Below are positions 36,470 to 49,950 of a stretch of DNA of 64,000 nt, piece by piece. Source of the stretch: Octopus sinensis (taxonomy: Eukaryota); assembly GCF_006345805.1 (NCBI RefSeq), contig NC_043000.1, positions 4,526,001-4,590,000 on the forward strand, read 5' to 3'. Position 1 is the stretch's first letter, and each line of letters opens with the position of its first letter. A program made the translations under genes and the position numbers. A model generated the notes under the pieces. That model saw only the letters and a program-made list of their open reading frames with translations. It was not told where the DNA came from and ran no database searches.

Positions 36470-36900
36470 AGGCGTAGGAGTGGCTGTGTGGTAAGTAGCT
36501 TGCTTACCAACCACATGGTTCTGGGTTCAGTCCCACTGCATGGCATCTTGGGCAAGTGTCTTCTAGTATATCCTTGGGCTGACCAAAGCCTTGTGAGTGG
36601 CTTTGGTAGACGGAAACTGAAAGAAGCCCGTCGTATATATGTATATATATATATATATATATATTGTACATGTGTGTCTGTGTTTGTGTGTCTGTGTTTG
36701 TCCCCACAACATCGCTTGACAGCTGATGCTGGTGTGCTTACTTCCCCGTAACTTAGCTGTTTGGCAAAAGAGACCAATAGAATAAGTACTAGGCTTACAA
36801 AGAATAAGTCCTGAGGTCGATTTGCTCAACTAAAGGCAGTGCTCCAGCATGGTCACAGTCAAATGACTGAAACAAGTAAAAGAGAAAAGAGCAAAGAGTA
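36470..36900 (+). mobile_element. SINE family A
   Basis: Head-to-tail match. Confidence 0.85.
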
Positions 36901-37379
36901 ATTACATTTTTTGTGTTCTTGCATATTTTTTTTGTTTTTGTTTCAGTGCAAAAAAAAATGAAAGAAGCCCATGATATATATGTATATATATGTATATATA
37001 TATATGTATATATATGTATATATATATATGTATATATATATATGTATATATATATGTAATATATGTATATATATATATGTATATATATGTAATATATGTA
37101 TATATATATATGTATATATGTAATATATGTATATATATATATATATGTATATATAATATGTATATATATATATGTATATATATATATGTATATATATGTA
37201 ATATATGTATTATATATATGTATATATATGTAATATATGTATATATATTATATGTATATATATGTAATATATGTATAATATATGTATATATATGTAATAT
37301 ATGTATTATATATATATATATATAATATATGTATATATATATATATATGTATATATATGTAATATATGTATAATATATA

Positions 37380-37447
<68 letters not shown>

Positions 37448-37487
37448 GTATATATATATATATATATAATATATATATATATGTATA

Positions 37488-37650
37488 TCCTTAAATCCTT
37501 AAATCCTTAAAAATGTTTTAGCCGAAGGCCGCGGCCATGCTGGGGCACCACCGTGAATGAGCCACACTAGTTTGTGAATCCACCTCTGATACGTGGCACT
37601 TGATCAACAAGGGAGTTCGATGCTGCTGCCCGCATCCGTGTCTCCTGTCG
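37488..37650 (-). mobile_element. 3' end of a second CR1 family with (TTAAGGA)n tail, inserted in (TA)n
   Basis: RQETRMRAAASNSLVDQVPRIRGGFTN* aligns with RQEVQMRVAISNSILHQVPHIRRGSSQ* of the 30.9-kb CR1. Confidence 0.85.
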
Positions 37651-38687
37651 TATATATATATATACACACACACATATATACATATATAAATACATACCTA
37701 TTATGTATAAGCATGTATATATATATATATATATATACATATAATTATCACTTAATATGACTAGAGTGTAAAGAAACACCTACATTGCTAGAAATAAGAG
37801 CTAAAATGCTCTAATGCTGTAGTTAACGCACATGAATGAAAGCATATACACTAATAGGGACCTGAATCATAAGAAGTGCCACACAGTGCCCAATTCCAGC
37901 ACGCATCCATTTCGAAGTAAGATTGTTCTTGATGTTAATAATGATGTGCACTTTTGACCTTTCTGTCCCCCTCCCTTTCTCAGCCTTCATTCTTTCTGGT
38001 TTCCTTTTCTTCTACCCTACTGTCTCTCCCTCTCTCTCTCTCTCTCTCATTCTTCATTCTTTCTGGTTTCCTCACAACCATTCCCTTTCTTTCTCTCCCT
38101 TTCTCTTGCTCCTCCTCCTCCCTGCCGTCGTTGACCCACAACGAGAGCTCTGCTACTGTCTTTTTGACCTGGCTTCCTTGAAGTGTGGATGGCATTTTCT
38201 GTTGCTCCTTCGCCGTTCTCAAAAATAGCGTTTGTAACACCTTATCTCGTTCGGCTTAACAACCCTTCTTGTCTTGTTATTCTCCTTGTCCTGTCTTTTA
38301 CTCTTTATATTTTGTACTGTTGTTACTGTCCTGTTTTTGTTACCATTTTTACCCCTCCGCAAAAAGATCTCATATTTTATTAAATTGCTTTTCGCGGAAA
38401 GGAAAGTTTCTATCAAAGATGCGTATCGCCTTCACCTTCGAAATGCAGAGTAGATGAAACCATGGCGACTGAAGAAGGGGAATTTTCCTTGTGTTATTTG
38501 TCCTGTACTCTATTTTTTCATTGTTTAAGAAAAATGGCAGTTCCTTGGTTTTGTGTTTATGTTTTCGTTTTTCATTGTGTTCGACGTTTTTTTGGTGTCC
38601 TGTACCCATATATGCATGTATATATACATGAAGAGGTAGGTACGTACATATATGTATGTATATATGCATATGTTTTATTTATTAATT

Positions 38688-38730
<43 letters not shown>

Positions 38731-38795
38731 GGTCCCGGGTTGAGTCGGGGTTAACCACAGTAAATAAGGTACTCAATACATAGGAGAGTAAATTA

Positions 38796-38873
38796 ATTTA
38801 TTATATAGAAGGAGCTTCTACAGGACTAGAACTCTAGAGTTCTAGTCCTGTAGAAGCTCCTTCTATATAATAA

Positions 38874-38875
<2 letters not shown>
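38796..38875. repeat. Perfect 80-bp palindrome inside a (TA)n-flanked element (38728-38880)
   Basis: Centre actct|agagt at 38835/38836; no spacer. Confidence 0.9.
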
Positions 38876-38967
<92 letters not shown>

Positions 38968-40360
38968 ATCTTCTTTTTATAAGATATAAGAAGCTGGTGT
39001 GATTTGAGTAAGGTTTGGTTGCTATTTATATATATATATATTGGGGTGGTCAAAATTTGAAGATAAATATTAAATTTTAAATAAGTTATGGTTTAAGCCT
39101 GTGAAATTATTCCAATTTGCTAAAGGGTATTGCAAGAAAAAAATTTCACAAAAAATATTAATATTTACAAATCACCAGAAATTAATACAGCCCAAAGCTA
39201 TCTATTTTTGCTCTAATTAAGCATAAAAGGAAACAGCTTTTATCAACAATTTTAAAATTAATCTAAAAGAAATTAATGCATGCCTTTATCAAAACACTGA
39301 AAATGGAAAACAAATCCTCAAGGCAATACAAATCTCTAAATACAATTTTCTTTTTAGATTTTTAAAATAAACAAAACGAAATGTACACAGAAACAAGTTA
39401 ATATGTTTGTGCCACTTTTTGTCTTGGAAATAAAACGAAATTTTCCTATAAAACAAATTTTACTTAAAAAGTAATCTTTTAGCAATGAAGATTAATCTTT
39501 GATCTTTTAAACCTTTTAAATTATTCTCTGTTTAAAAAAAAAAATCACCTACATTCACTTAGACTTTACTTTTACTCATCACCTAATAAAAATTAAATTC
39601 TGGTAATTAACTTGGGCTTTTTAAACCTTTTAAAGTATTCTCTACCTACAAAAAGATTGCTTGTATCCATTTAGACTTAATAAATTACTAAAATTAAATT
39701 TTAGTAATTAAGTGAGTTGTAAAGAAAATAAAAATAGAAATATTTGTTTCCTGAGGAAACTAAAAATATTGATTTCTTAAGCAACCACAATGGTTAGTTA
39801 TTTGCTTAGAAAGGTCAACATGCTTTTGTTTTTTAGTTGTTTTTTTTTTAACCCTAGAACTCATAAGGTTGATAATTCTGTTTCCATGACATAAATGACC
39901 AAGAACACATTTCCCACTGAACAGGACACTGCTCTGTTACAGAGTTCAAGGCCAATAATTTTTGAAGACAGAGGAAAAGTCATTTTCATTAACCCAGGTA
40001 CTTGACTGGTACTTTATTTTAATGACCCTGAAGGGTTGAAAAGCCAAATTGATCTCATTAGGATTTGAGCTCAGAACATAAAAAGCAGGAAGAAATGCTG
40101 CTAAACATTTTTTGTCTGTCATGCTTAGTGGTTCTGCCAGCTTGCTGCCTTACACATAATTAGTATCATAATAGCTGGACTCAACGCCTCATTTTGTCAC
40201 ATAGAAATCACAAGTTGATCATGTGAACAAACCCAATTTCAGTCCAATCATAGCTCTTTTAGTTTCCAAATTCATTTCTTGATCAAAGAGAGGTAGAGTA
40301 AAATTAAACCACAAATCAATTTGTGTACAGTAGCTGTTCTACTTTTTGTATAAAGATATA

Positions 40361-40671
40361 AATGGGATTGCACCTAGAAAGTTACCCTCCTAGACACAAG
40401 TCCGGGCAAGTTTGTTTATGGAAGGCCAGCAGTCGCCCATGCATACCAGCCTCCCCTCTCCACGCCACCAGTGTTATCCAAGGGAAAGACAAAGGCCGAT
40501 ACAGCTTGGCACCAGTGACGTCGCAACTCATTTCTACAGCTGAGTGAACTGGAGCAACGTGAAATAAAGTGCCTTGCTCGAGAACACAACACGCAGCCCG
40601 GTCCGGGATTCGAGCTCACAACCTCACGATCGTAAGCTCGACGCTCTAACCACTGAGCCATGCGCCTACAC
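40361..40671 (-). mobile_element. SINE family E (tRNA-derived head)
   Basis: ggcgcatggctcagtggttagagcg...gctcgaatccc; 11-bp TSD ataaagatata. Confidence 0.85.
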
Positions 40672-41023
40672 ATAAAGATATATTAGTGTTTTTTGATGAT
40701 GCCTGTAATTTTTAGGTGTTATTATAGCTTAGGGTGCTTAAAGTCAACATTTGATGTAAATACTTGCTCTGAACACATTCAATTCTCTTAAATCACAAGA
40801 TTCTTTATCTGTAAAATGAAATTGAGCTCAAAACGGGAAATATTTAGGGATTTAAATAAGTTTTGATACCCATCTACCCTGATACATAACTCCAGTTACA
40901 TGAAATTTGAACCAACAAAATATCATTTATTTAAGAAAGATCAAAATCAATTCAAGTAAATTCTGATAACTATCTTTGAACTAATAATCTACAAGATTCT
41001 TTTCAAAGAAATCGATGATGGCC

Positions 41024-41095
41024 TTAGTTTTTTGGTGCAGCTTCATCCAAAAAGGCATAATCAAACCTGTTTTGATCAATATTGGGCCATTGGGA
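41024..41095 (-). CDS. Possible terminal coding exon of an unidentified gene
   Basis: ttttcag acceptor; SQWPNIDQNRFDYAFLDEAAPKN*; AATAAA about 95 nt downstream. Confidence 0.25.
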   Translation of the reverse strand, partial: SQWPNIDQNRFDYAFLDEAAPKN

Positions 41096-42098
41096 CTGAA
41101 AATGTTTGAAAAAGCTAAATTCAAGTGAAAGGATTGATCCACCATAAAACGACAGCACCCAAAACTATCTCTTTGATATATGACGACAATAAGCATGAGA
41201 TTAACCCTTTAGGTTTTGAACCAGCCATATCCAAGTCAAATCCAGCCTTTCACATGTACTCAACAAGCTCATTGTAAATATAAGCTATTATCATCATCAG
41301 TATCATTATCATCATCAACATCATTGTCATCATCGTTGTCATCATCATCATCATCATCATCGTCTTCATCATCGTCTTCATCATCATCATTTAACATCAA
41401 TTTTCCATGCTGGCATGGGTTGGACAGCTTGACAGGAGCAGGTAAAGCCAGGGTCTGTATCAGGCTCCATAGTCTATTTTGGTGTTGGTTTCTACAGCTG
41501 GATGCCTTTCCTAACACCAACCCCTTTACAGCATGTACTGAGAGCTTTTTATGTTGCACCATCACTAGCACTTAAAAAAAATTTGAAGCAACAAGATAAT
41601 GCATGAGTAATCTAAAACAATTTGAATAAATAAGCATCACTTTTGACTGATTAATTTGAATGCTCTGGGATTAAAGTTTCCAATTTGATAAATGCTTAAG
41701 AAAAACATTCTCCAGAAACTTATTAAATGTTTGTTGTGTCAATGACATTCTGCAAACAAGGCGTTTTTACTTTCAAAGTGTATAAGGTATTGTAACTTGC
41801 TTAGCCATAATGTCACCAGTTCCTTTGGTTATCTATGGAATTTTTTGCAGTTTTGTTATTTCCAATACCTCATGAACCAGGTAATATGTTTGTCATTTCA
41901 TTTGGCTGTAAGTGGTATGTCAAGTTTGAAGGAATCTTATATTGTAGCAGATAATTCTCTTTGATGTACCAGTTAAATAGCTGATCTGCTTAATAATGGT
42001 TTCAAATTATGGCACAAGGCCAGCAATTTTGGTGAGGAAATAAATCAATTACATCAACCCCAGTGTTCAGCTGGTACTTATTTTATTGACACTGAAGG

Positions 42099-42308
42099 CA
42101 GGACTGTGGAGTTGAAACAAAAAATTTCAACTCTGTCACTGACTCTGACTCCTCTGCTATTAGCACTTTTGACTCCGATTCCGATTCCGACTCCTACACA
42201 TCTATATAATTAAGTGATTGTGGTCTATTTTACTGACTCCAGCTACCCCTTAATTGTTTCCAACTCTGACCCTGACTCTACGGCTCCGACTCCAAATTCA
42301 CAGCCCTG
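42099..42308. mobile_element. hAT-like MITE inserted in a SINE C
   Basis: TIR cagg(a/g)ctgtg; internal gactcc repeats; degenerate 8-bp flanks actgaagg / atcaaaag. Confidence 0.65.
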
Positions 42309-42764
42309 ATCAAAAGGATGAAAAACAAAGTCAACCTCCATAGAATTAGAACTCAGAATGTAAAGAAGAATGAAATTCTGCTAATCATTTTGCTTGGCAT
42401 ACCAACTATTCCACTTAATATTAATTTTCCTGGACCATACCCTTAAGGGTTTTGAAATTTCAAATATATCTCTACACTATCTTTGTTGCTAATACTAATT
42501 CATTTTGCTTAGCTGATAGCTACAGTGTAATGGCTGACAGCTCGGCATTATTTCCTTAATTATTCTTAAATTCTCCAAAGTTACAACAATAATTGTAACC
42601 ATTAACTGAAAAGTAAATGATCTCAGAAACAGCTGTAACTTTTCATTCCACCTGTTGTATGAGTTTATAGTTTCATAAAGAGAAATAATAAATAATATTG
42701 TATGGCATAAAGATTTGATTATTCAGCACATCAAGATTTTCAGAATTAAAACTAACAAAACATA

Positions 42765-42939
42765 GGTGTAGGAGTGGCTGTGTGGTCAGTAGCTTGCTTA
42801 CCAATCACATGGTTCCAGGTTCAGCCCCACTGCGTGGCACCTTGGGCAAGTGTCTTCTACTATAACCTCGGGCTGACCAAAGCCTTGTGAGTGGATTTGG
42901 TAGACGGAAACTGAAAGAAGCCCATCGTATATATATATA

Positions 42940-42984
<45 letters not shown>

Positions 42985-43185
42985 GTGTTTGTTCCCCCAA
43001 CATCGCTTGAAAACCAATGCTGGTGTGTTTACATCCCTGTAACTTAGTGGTTCGGCAAAAGAGACTGATAGAATAAGTACTAGGCTTACAAAGAATAATC
43101 CTGGGGTCGATTTGCTCGACTAAAGGCGGTGCTTCAGCATGGCCACAGTCAAATGACTGAAACAAGTAAAAGAGTAAAAGAGTAA
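42765..43185 (+). mobile_element. SINE family A
   Basis: Head-to-tail match. Confidence 0.85.
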
Positions 43186-44464
43186 ATAAGCAGAAGTAAT
43201 TATTTAAAGACCCTTTCAAACTAAATCTTCTTCATGAGGATGAAAACTGACCTAGGGTTAAATAACAATGCTTCCTTCACCAACATCAGCACCTTCATCA
43301 CCACTACACTATCACAATAAACATTGACACTTCCACTCATACTACTACCAACACCATCAGCAGCAGTTACAGCACTGTCATTACAACCACAAGGCTATTA
43401 TCACTAACTCCACCACCATCATCATCATCAACATCATCATCATCATTTAACGTCTGTTGTCCATACTGGCATGGGTTGGATGGTTTGAATGGGCTGGCTC
43501 ACTGGAAGGTTGCACCAGACCCCAGTCTGATTTGGCATGGTTTTCTATGGCTGGATGTCCTTCCTAATGCCAACCACTCTGAGACTTTAACGGGTGATCT
43601 TATGTGCCATTGGCATGGGTGCCATTTGTGTGACATTGGGGTCTTTTACATGCCACAGGCACGGGCACCAATTTGCATAGCACCGGTATCTGCCACAATT
43701 GCGATTTTTCCCAGTTTGATGGATCTTATTCTCAAGCACGACAATGCTAAAGGCCCCAGTCATTGCCTCCAACAGAGGCAAAGGGGCTGAGTTCCTTTCA
43801 AGTACTTGGGCCTCACAGAGGCAATGACTGAGACCTTTGATATTATGTCATGCTTGAGAAACCAATACCTTTTCCATTACCAGTACTATTATTACTAACA
43901 CCACCACCACCACCTCACCATCACAAATACCTCTATCTCCAACACCATCACCACTATTCCATCATCGTCATCATCATCGTTCTTTTAACATCCGCTTTCT
44001 ATGCCTGCATGGGTTAGATGGTTTGACATGGAGCTGACCAGCTGAGAACTGTCCAGGTTCCAATTGGCTGTTGTGGCATGGTTTCTATTGCTAGATGCCA
44101 ACCACCTAACAGAGTGTGCTGGGTGCTTCTTACGTGCCACTGGCACAGGTGCATTTACACAGCACCAGCACAGGTGTGTTTATGCAGCAGTGGCACAGGT
44201 GCTTTTTATGTGGCACCAGTACCTGATTAGGGCAAGCTTGTTGGTATTGGTGGTAGTGTTGATGGTTGTGGTGATGGTTGTGATGAAGGTTGTAATATTG
44301 GTGTTTGTGTTGATGGTAGTAGTGATCGCTTTGTCGTTGTTGTTGGTGGTGGTATGATGTTGGTTTTCTTGGTATTGGTTGTACTGTTGATGGTGGTGGT
44401 AGTGGTGGTGGTGTTAGTGTTGATGGTGGCAGTGTTGATAATGGCGGTGATGGTGGTAGCTCAA

Positions 44465-44690
44465 TGCATCTTATCACATACAGTAAATCATCACATCTCC
44501 CAGTCCCTTGTCATTTCTTCAGTGAAGATCCTTTCTCATCATTTCACCCCATGTCTTCCTGGGTTTATCCCCTTTCACAGGTCCCCTCCACAATCAGAGC
44601 TCAGCACTTCTGTACACAGGTGTTCTCATCCATATGCATCATATAACCAAACCAGTGCAACCTTCTCTCTTGCACACGACTGATACCATT
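44465..44690 (-). pseudogene. RTE LINE 3' ORF fragment
   Basis: VQERRLHWFGYMMHMDENTCVQKC*ALIVEGTCERG..PRKTWGEMMRKDL. Confidence 0.8.
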
Positions 44691-46724
44691 AAAACCATGA
44701 TATTACCATCGCCAGCATTACTACCACCAATATCCCTGTCACCAGCACCACCAATACCACTGATACCATTACCACCACTAGGCTACCATCACAACTACTA
44801 CCAACACCTTTATCATCATTACTATCACCACCACCACCACCATCACTGTCAATACCACCACCATCAACACAAGTATCATTCCCCCTCTCCAACCACCATC
44901 AAATTCCCTGCCAACATACACCCCACTAGTACCATTAGGGGCTAAACAACAAGAATGACATCAATACCAACACTGCTATCTGTATCCACTACCAGTACTA
45001 CTACTAACACAATAACCTCTACTATCTTCCCCACCACTACAACTACACCAGCACACTGCCACCACTATCATCAACCACCACCATCATTTCTACCATCACT
45101 ATCATCACCAACATCATCATCATCATCACACCATCACGCCGCTACCACCGCCGTTGTCATCATAACCATCATCATTGTACCACTACCGCAATCATCATCA
45201 CTACCACCAGCACCACCACTATTTCCATCCTCACTACCAACACCACAACCACCACCAACGCCACTACTGCTACTATGACAACCATCATCACCATCACAGC
45301 CATCACTACCATCACTACCATCACCATCATCACCATCATCATCATCATCATCATCACCACCTATACCACTACCATCATCACAACTATCACCTCTACCATT
45401 GCCTCCAACATTAACAAAACAGCTGCTACAAACACTAACAGCCCACTACTGAAAGCAACAATGCAATCACCACCAATGGTACTGACACCAATACTACAAC
45501 CATCACCACAAACATCAACACTACTACCAATACCAGCAACATCACCACCACTACAACCACCATTGCCAGTACCACTAACACCAATACAAAGTAAACCATT
45601 ACCATACCACCAACTATAATGCAATTTCTACCATCACAACAAATACCAATACAGCAACCGTCACCACAACCATCACCACAAGTATCAACCCTACCGCTAT
45701 TAATTCTACAACCAATACCAACAACACCAACACCACAACAAACATCATTGTCACCTCCAGCTTTACTACCACCATTATCAACACTGCCACCATCAACACT
45801 AACACCACTACCACTACCACCACCATCAACACTATAACGAATACCAAGAAAACCAGCATCATACCACCACCGACAATGACAAAGTGATCACTACTACCAT
45901 CACCACAAACACCAATACTACAACCATCACCACAACCGTCACCACAACCATCAACACTACCACCAATACCAACAACACCACACCATGCCAAACACCATCG
46001 CCAACATCATCTCCACCACCATCATCAAAACCACTATCACCACCAGCATCATTACCATTATCAACACTACCACCATCAATACTAACACCACCACCACCAC
46101 CACTACCACTACCATCAACACTACCACCAATACCAACAACACCAACACCATACCAAACACCATTGCCAACACCAACTCCTCCACCATCATCAAAACCACT
46201 ATCACCACCAACATCATCATCACTATCAACACTACCACCATCAATACTAACACCACCACCACCACTGCCACTACCATCAACACTACCACCAATACCAAGA
46301 AAACTAACATCATACCAACAACAACAATGTAATCACTACTACCATCACCACAAATACCAATACCGCAACCATCTCCACAACCATCAGCACTACCACCAAT
46401 ACCAACAATACCATCATGAACACCAGCTCCATCCCTGTCATCACCACCACCATCATCAACACTACCACCAATACCAAGGAAACAAACATCATACCACCAC
46501 CAACAACAACAACAACAGCAATCTAATCACCACAAACGCCAATACCACAACCATCTCCACAACCACCACCACAACCATCACCATCAACCCTACCACCAGC
46601 ATCACTGCTGTCTTTGTATCATTGCTATCCATTTAATATAATCAGTGATCCGTGAAGAATTTCCAATTATTCTGGCAGCAATTTGAAACCTGCACAGTTA
46701 TTTATTGGTCAGAATATCAGTCAC

Positions 46725-46844
46725 CTGTGAAGTCTGTGTCACATCTATGACAGAGGACATCGATAAAGACTGTCTCTTGTCTCCAAAAACCATTAACAAA
46801 CTATCAATGTCAGATGCTGACGTGTCATCTTTAGTTCTCAGATT
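46725..46844 (-). CDS. Possible 120-nt phase-0 exon (strand ambiguous)
   Basis: AG...CAG|GTGA boundaries; NLRTKDDTSASDIDSLLMVFGDKRQSLSMSSVIDVTQTSQ; the antisense frame is also open. Confidence 0.2.
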
Positions 46845-47751
46845 CTACTCTCAGTAAACACAGATGTTTGTTGTTTTTTGGGGTTTTTTGGGGTTTTTTT
46901 TTTAGATTTTTGTTGTGTTTTGTTGGAGTTTTATTTTTTTAATATCTGCATCTGTGTGTTTTGTTCTGTGTATCTTTGCTGTTTGCAGAAAATATGACGA
47001 TTGCCAGTATCACCATCACGGACTTCAATATCATCACCATTGCAATCATCCACCACTAACAGCACCACCACCATCACCATCCTTCATCATACTCATCCTC
47101 ATTTTCATCATCATTGTCGTCATCATCATCATCATCGTCATCATCATCATCGTCGTCGTCGTCGTCGTCATCATCACCACCACCACCATCATCATCACCA
47201 TCATCATCATCATCACCATTACCACCACCACCACTATCATCATCATTGTTGTCGTCACCAGCATCATCATTATAAGTAAGCAATTGATATATATTGATAT
47301 ATATATATATTATATATCAAAAGGATCAAGAGTCCTTCCTGAGCCATAGGCTCATAAGGCTAGTTTCCTGGATTTTTGTTGTCTACTCCCCACCTTTTTT
47401 TCCAGCTGAGTGAACTGGAGCAACGTGAAATGAAATTTGCAACTCACAAACGTCTTTCACATCACCCACTTCAGTAATTGTTACCACAATCTTATTCTTT
47501 TCTACTCCAAGCACAAGACCCAAAATTTTGCAGGGGCGGGGACCAGTTGATTAGATTGACCTCAGTACACAACTGATACTTAATTTATCGACCCCAAAAG
47601 GATAAAAGGCAAAGTCGACCTTGGCGGAATTTGAACTCAGAATGTAAAGACAGACGTAATACTGCTAATCATTTCATCCAGCATGCTAATGTTTCTGCCA
47701 GCTCACTGCCTTTTACCACAATCTTATTATCATGAGTGCAACACCCTAACC

Positions 47752-48764
47752 CAGTGTTTCTCAACCTTTTTACCCTTGTGTAACCCTTCAAATAAATTAC
47801 ATGTCTCAAGGAACCCCCTGCAAAAAAAAATTATATACCACATCTTTCTAATTTTTTTTCATCGTAGTCCATGTGGTAAATGTGATATATCCCCAATGGT
47901 TGTTATATTTTTTCGATAACATAATAGGTTAGACAGGATGATGTCTATATTACAATATTACCATAACCAACAATGTGTTGTCCTAAACCAGGACTGCCAT
48001 GTTATGGTGACAAACAATCTTTACTACAAGCTGCTGTTGCTGAGATTTGGAGGTAGTGATTTTCTAATTTATACATCAGTGACTAGTTGTCACTTTGAAA
48101 ACTATATATTTCAAACGGGAATTTGACAGCGCCACCTCTAGCCAAGCAATTATTCTGTGCTGATGAAGGGAAATAACCCAGAAATCGCGATACACAGATA
48201 TTGTTTTGAGCTGAGTGGGGGTGCTAGATTCCCTTGTTCAAAAATATAAGGACACAGATTGTGTTGTATAGCCAGCTGGAGACGATGTCTCCTGGGGCTA
48301 AATTACAGCAACATTAGTCCTAAACCAGAACTGCCATGTTATGTTGGCAAACAATCTTTACTAATATGTTGTGCATGGATAGTAATATTACAATCATGAT
48401 GTGAGGGCGTGTGGCTTAGTGGTTAGGGCATTCGGCTCATGATCGTAAGGTTGTGAGTTCGATTCCCGGCGACGCGTTGTGTCCTTGAGCAAGACACTTT
48501 ATTTCACATTGCTCCAGTCCACTCAGCTGACAAAAATGAGTTGTACCTGTATTTCAAAAGGGCCAGCTTTGCCACACTCTGTGTCACACTGAATCTCCTT
48601 GCGAACTACGTTAAGGACGTGTCTGTGGAGCCCTCAGCCACTTGCACGTTAATTTCACGAGCAAGCTGTTCCGTTGATCATACAATCATGATATTAGCAT
48701 TGGCTTATCTCACTCTTTCTCATGGAACCCAAGGGTTCTGGGGAACCCCAGTTGAAAAACACTG
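47752..48764. mobile_element. hAT (Charlie-like) non-autonomous element, or two adjacent fragments
   Basis: Ends cagtgtttctcaacc and gttgaaaaacactg; flanking 8-mers do not match. Confidence 0.45.
48401..48680 (+). mobile_element. SINE family E-like
   Basis: tRNA-type head; 12-bp TSD tacaatcatgat. Confidence 0.85.
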
Positions 48765-49449
48765 CAGTCACTAAGCCTTAGCCATGTGCTTCCACATAAA
48801 ACTGCCCATGTGGCATGACATAACATAAAAGAGCTCATGCAGCAATACTTGAAAGTACTCATGTGGCATCACGTAATGGCACCTATGTGGTGCCATGTAA
48901 AAGCACCCATGCAGTGCCACATAAAATCACCCATGTGGTGCCACATAAAAGTATTCATGTGGCACCATGTATAAGCACTCAGCATACTCTGTAAAGGGGT
49001 TAGCATTAGTGGAAGAGCATCCATCTGTAGAAACCATGCCAAATCAGACTTGAGTCTTGCACAGCTCCCTAGCTTGCCAGCTCTGGTCACATCATCCAAC
49101 CCAAGCCAGTATGGACAACGGTCATTAAATGATGATGATGATGATATATATATATATATATATATATTCATCATCATCATTTAATGTCCGTTGTCCATAC
49201 TGTCCATTTAATGTCCATTGTCCACACACACATGTATATATATATATATATATACATGTGTGTGTGTATGTATATTCTGGTGCATGTAAAACACACCCAA
49301 GGCACTGTTAAGTGGTTACCATTAGGAAGGGCATCTTGCTGTAGAAACTAACCGAAGCAGACATGGAACCTGGTGGAGCCTCTAGCCTCTCTGCTCTTGT
49401 CAAATCAATCAAACCCATACCAGCAGGGAGAAAAACACAATAAATGATA

Positions 49450-49950
49450 AATAATAATAATAATAATAATAATAGTAATAATAATAGTAATAATAATTGT
49501 GTACAGTGCTCAGGTGCACTACAACTCAGCTAAAGTGTATACATAATCAGGTGTAGTTTCGGCGGATTTCGGAAAGCATGAGGGCCTTAAAGGATGCAGT
49601 GTCATGGCAGTCAACAACTGACGCAGGCAGTTTATTCCATGCTTCAGCAACTCTGAGCGTGAAAAAATGTTTCCGAAAGTCATGGGAGCTGTGTTGTTTT
49701 CTGACTTTGTAGGCATGTCCACGTGTGTTGGACACATGGAGATCAAAAAGGTGTTCAGTGTTGTTGTTGGTGAGGTGGTTGATAACTTTGTGGGTGTTTA
49801 CCAAGTCCGTCGCCAGACGCCGGAGCCTCAGTGAATCCATGCCCAGGGAAACAAGGCGCTCAGAATATGGTAGGTGTCTGATGGAAGGTATGCATTTGGT
49901 TGCACGTCTCTGGACAGATTCCAGGAGGTCAATGTTCTGAGCAAGATAGT
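49450..49950 (-). mobile_element. CR1 LINE 3' fragment with (ATT)n tail
   Basis: NIDLLESVQRRATKCIP...YSERL...TRGHAYKV...FFTLRVAEAWNKLP. Confidence 0.9.

Larger units (their letters stand above)
43860..47280. repeat. Cryptic (CAC/CAT/AAC)n low-complexity tract with ~170-bp higher-order units, one inverted
   Basis: Unit containing atcaacactaccaccaataccaagaaaac..catcatacca recurs at about 45.8, 46.3 and 46.45 kb and inverted at about 44.3-44.46 kb. Confidence 0.75.

Noticed and set aside
38425-38490. Possible permuted hammerhead (cgaaatgcagagta ... ctgaagaagggg)
   Set aside because: Stem I cannot form next to the core and the stem II geometry is non-canonical.
40590-40671. tRNA gene-like sequence (also other SINE heads)
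   Set aside because: A/B boxes continue into a SINE body with a TSD, and no complete acceptor stem is seen.
45884-46636. Mucin-like Thr/Pro-rich 250-aa ORF
   Set aside because: It lies in a trinucleotide low-complexity tract where several frames on both strands are open; no signal peptide or other support.
48123-48142. CTCF-like word cagcgccacctctag
   Set aside because: Only half the motif matches, and it lies inside a probable transposon.
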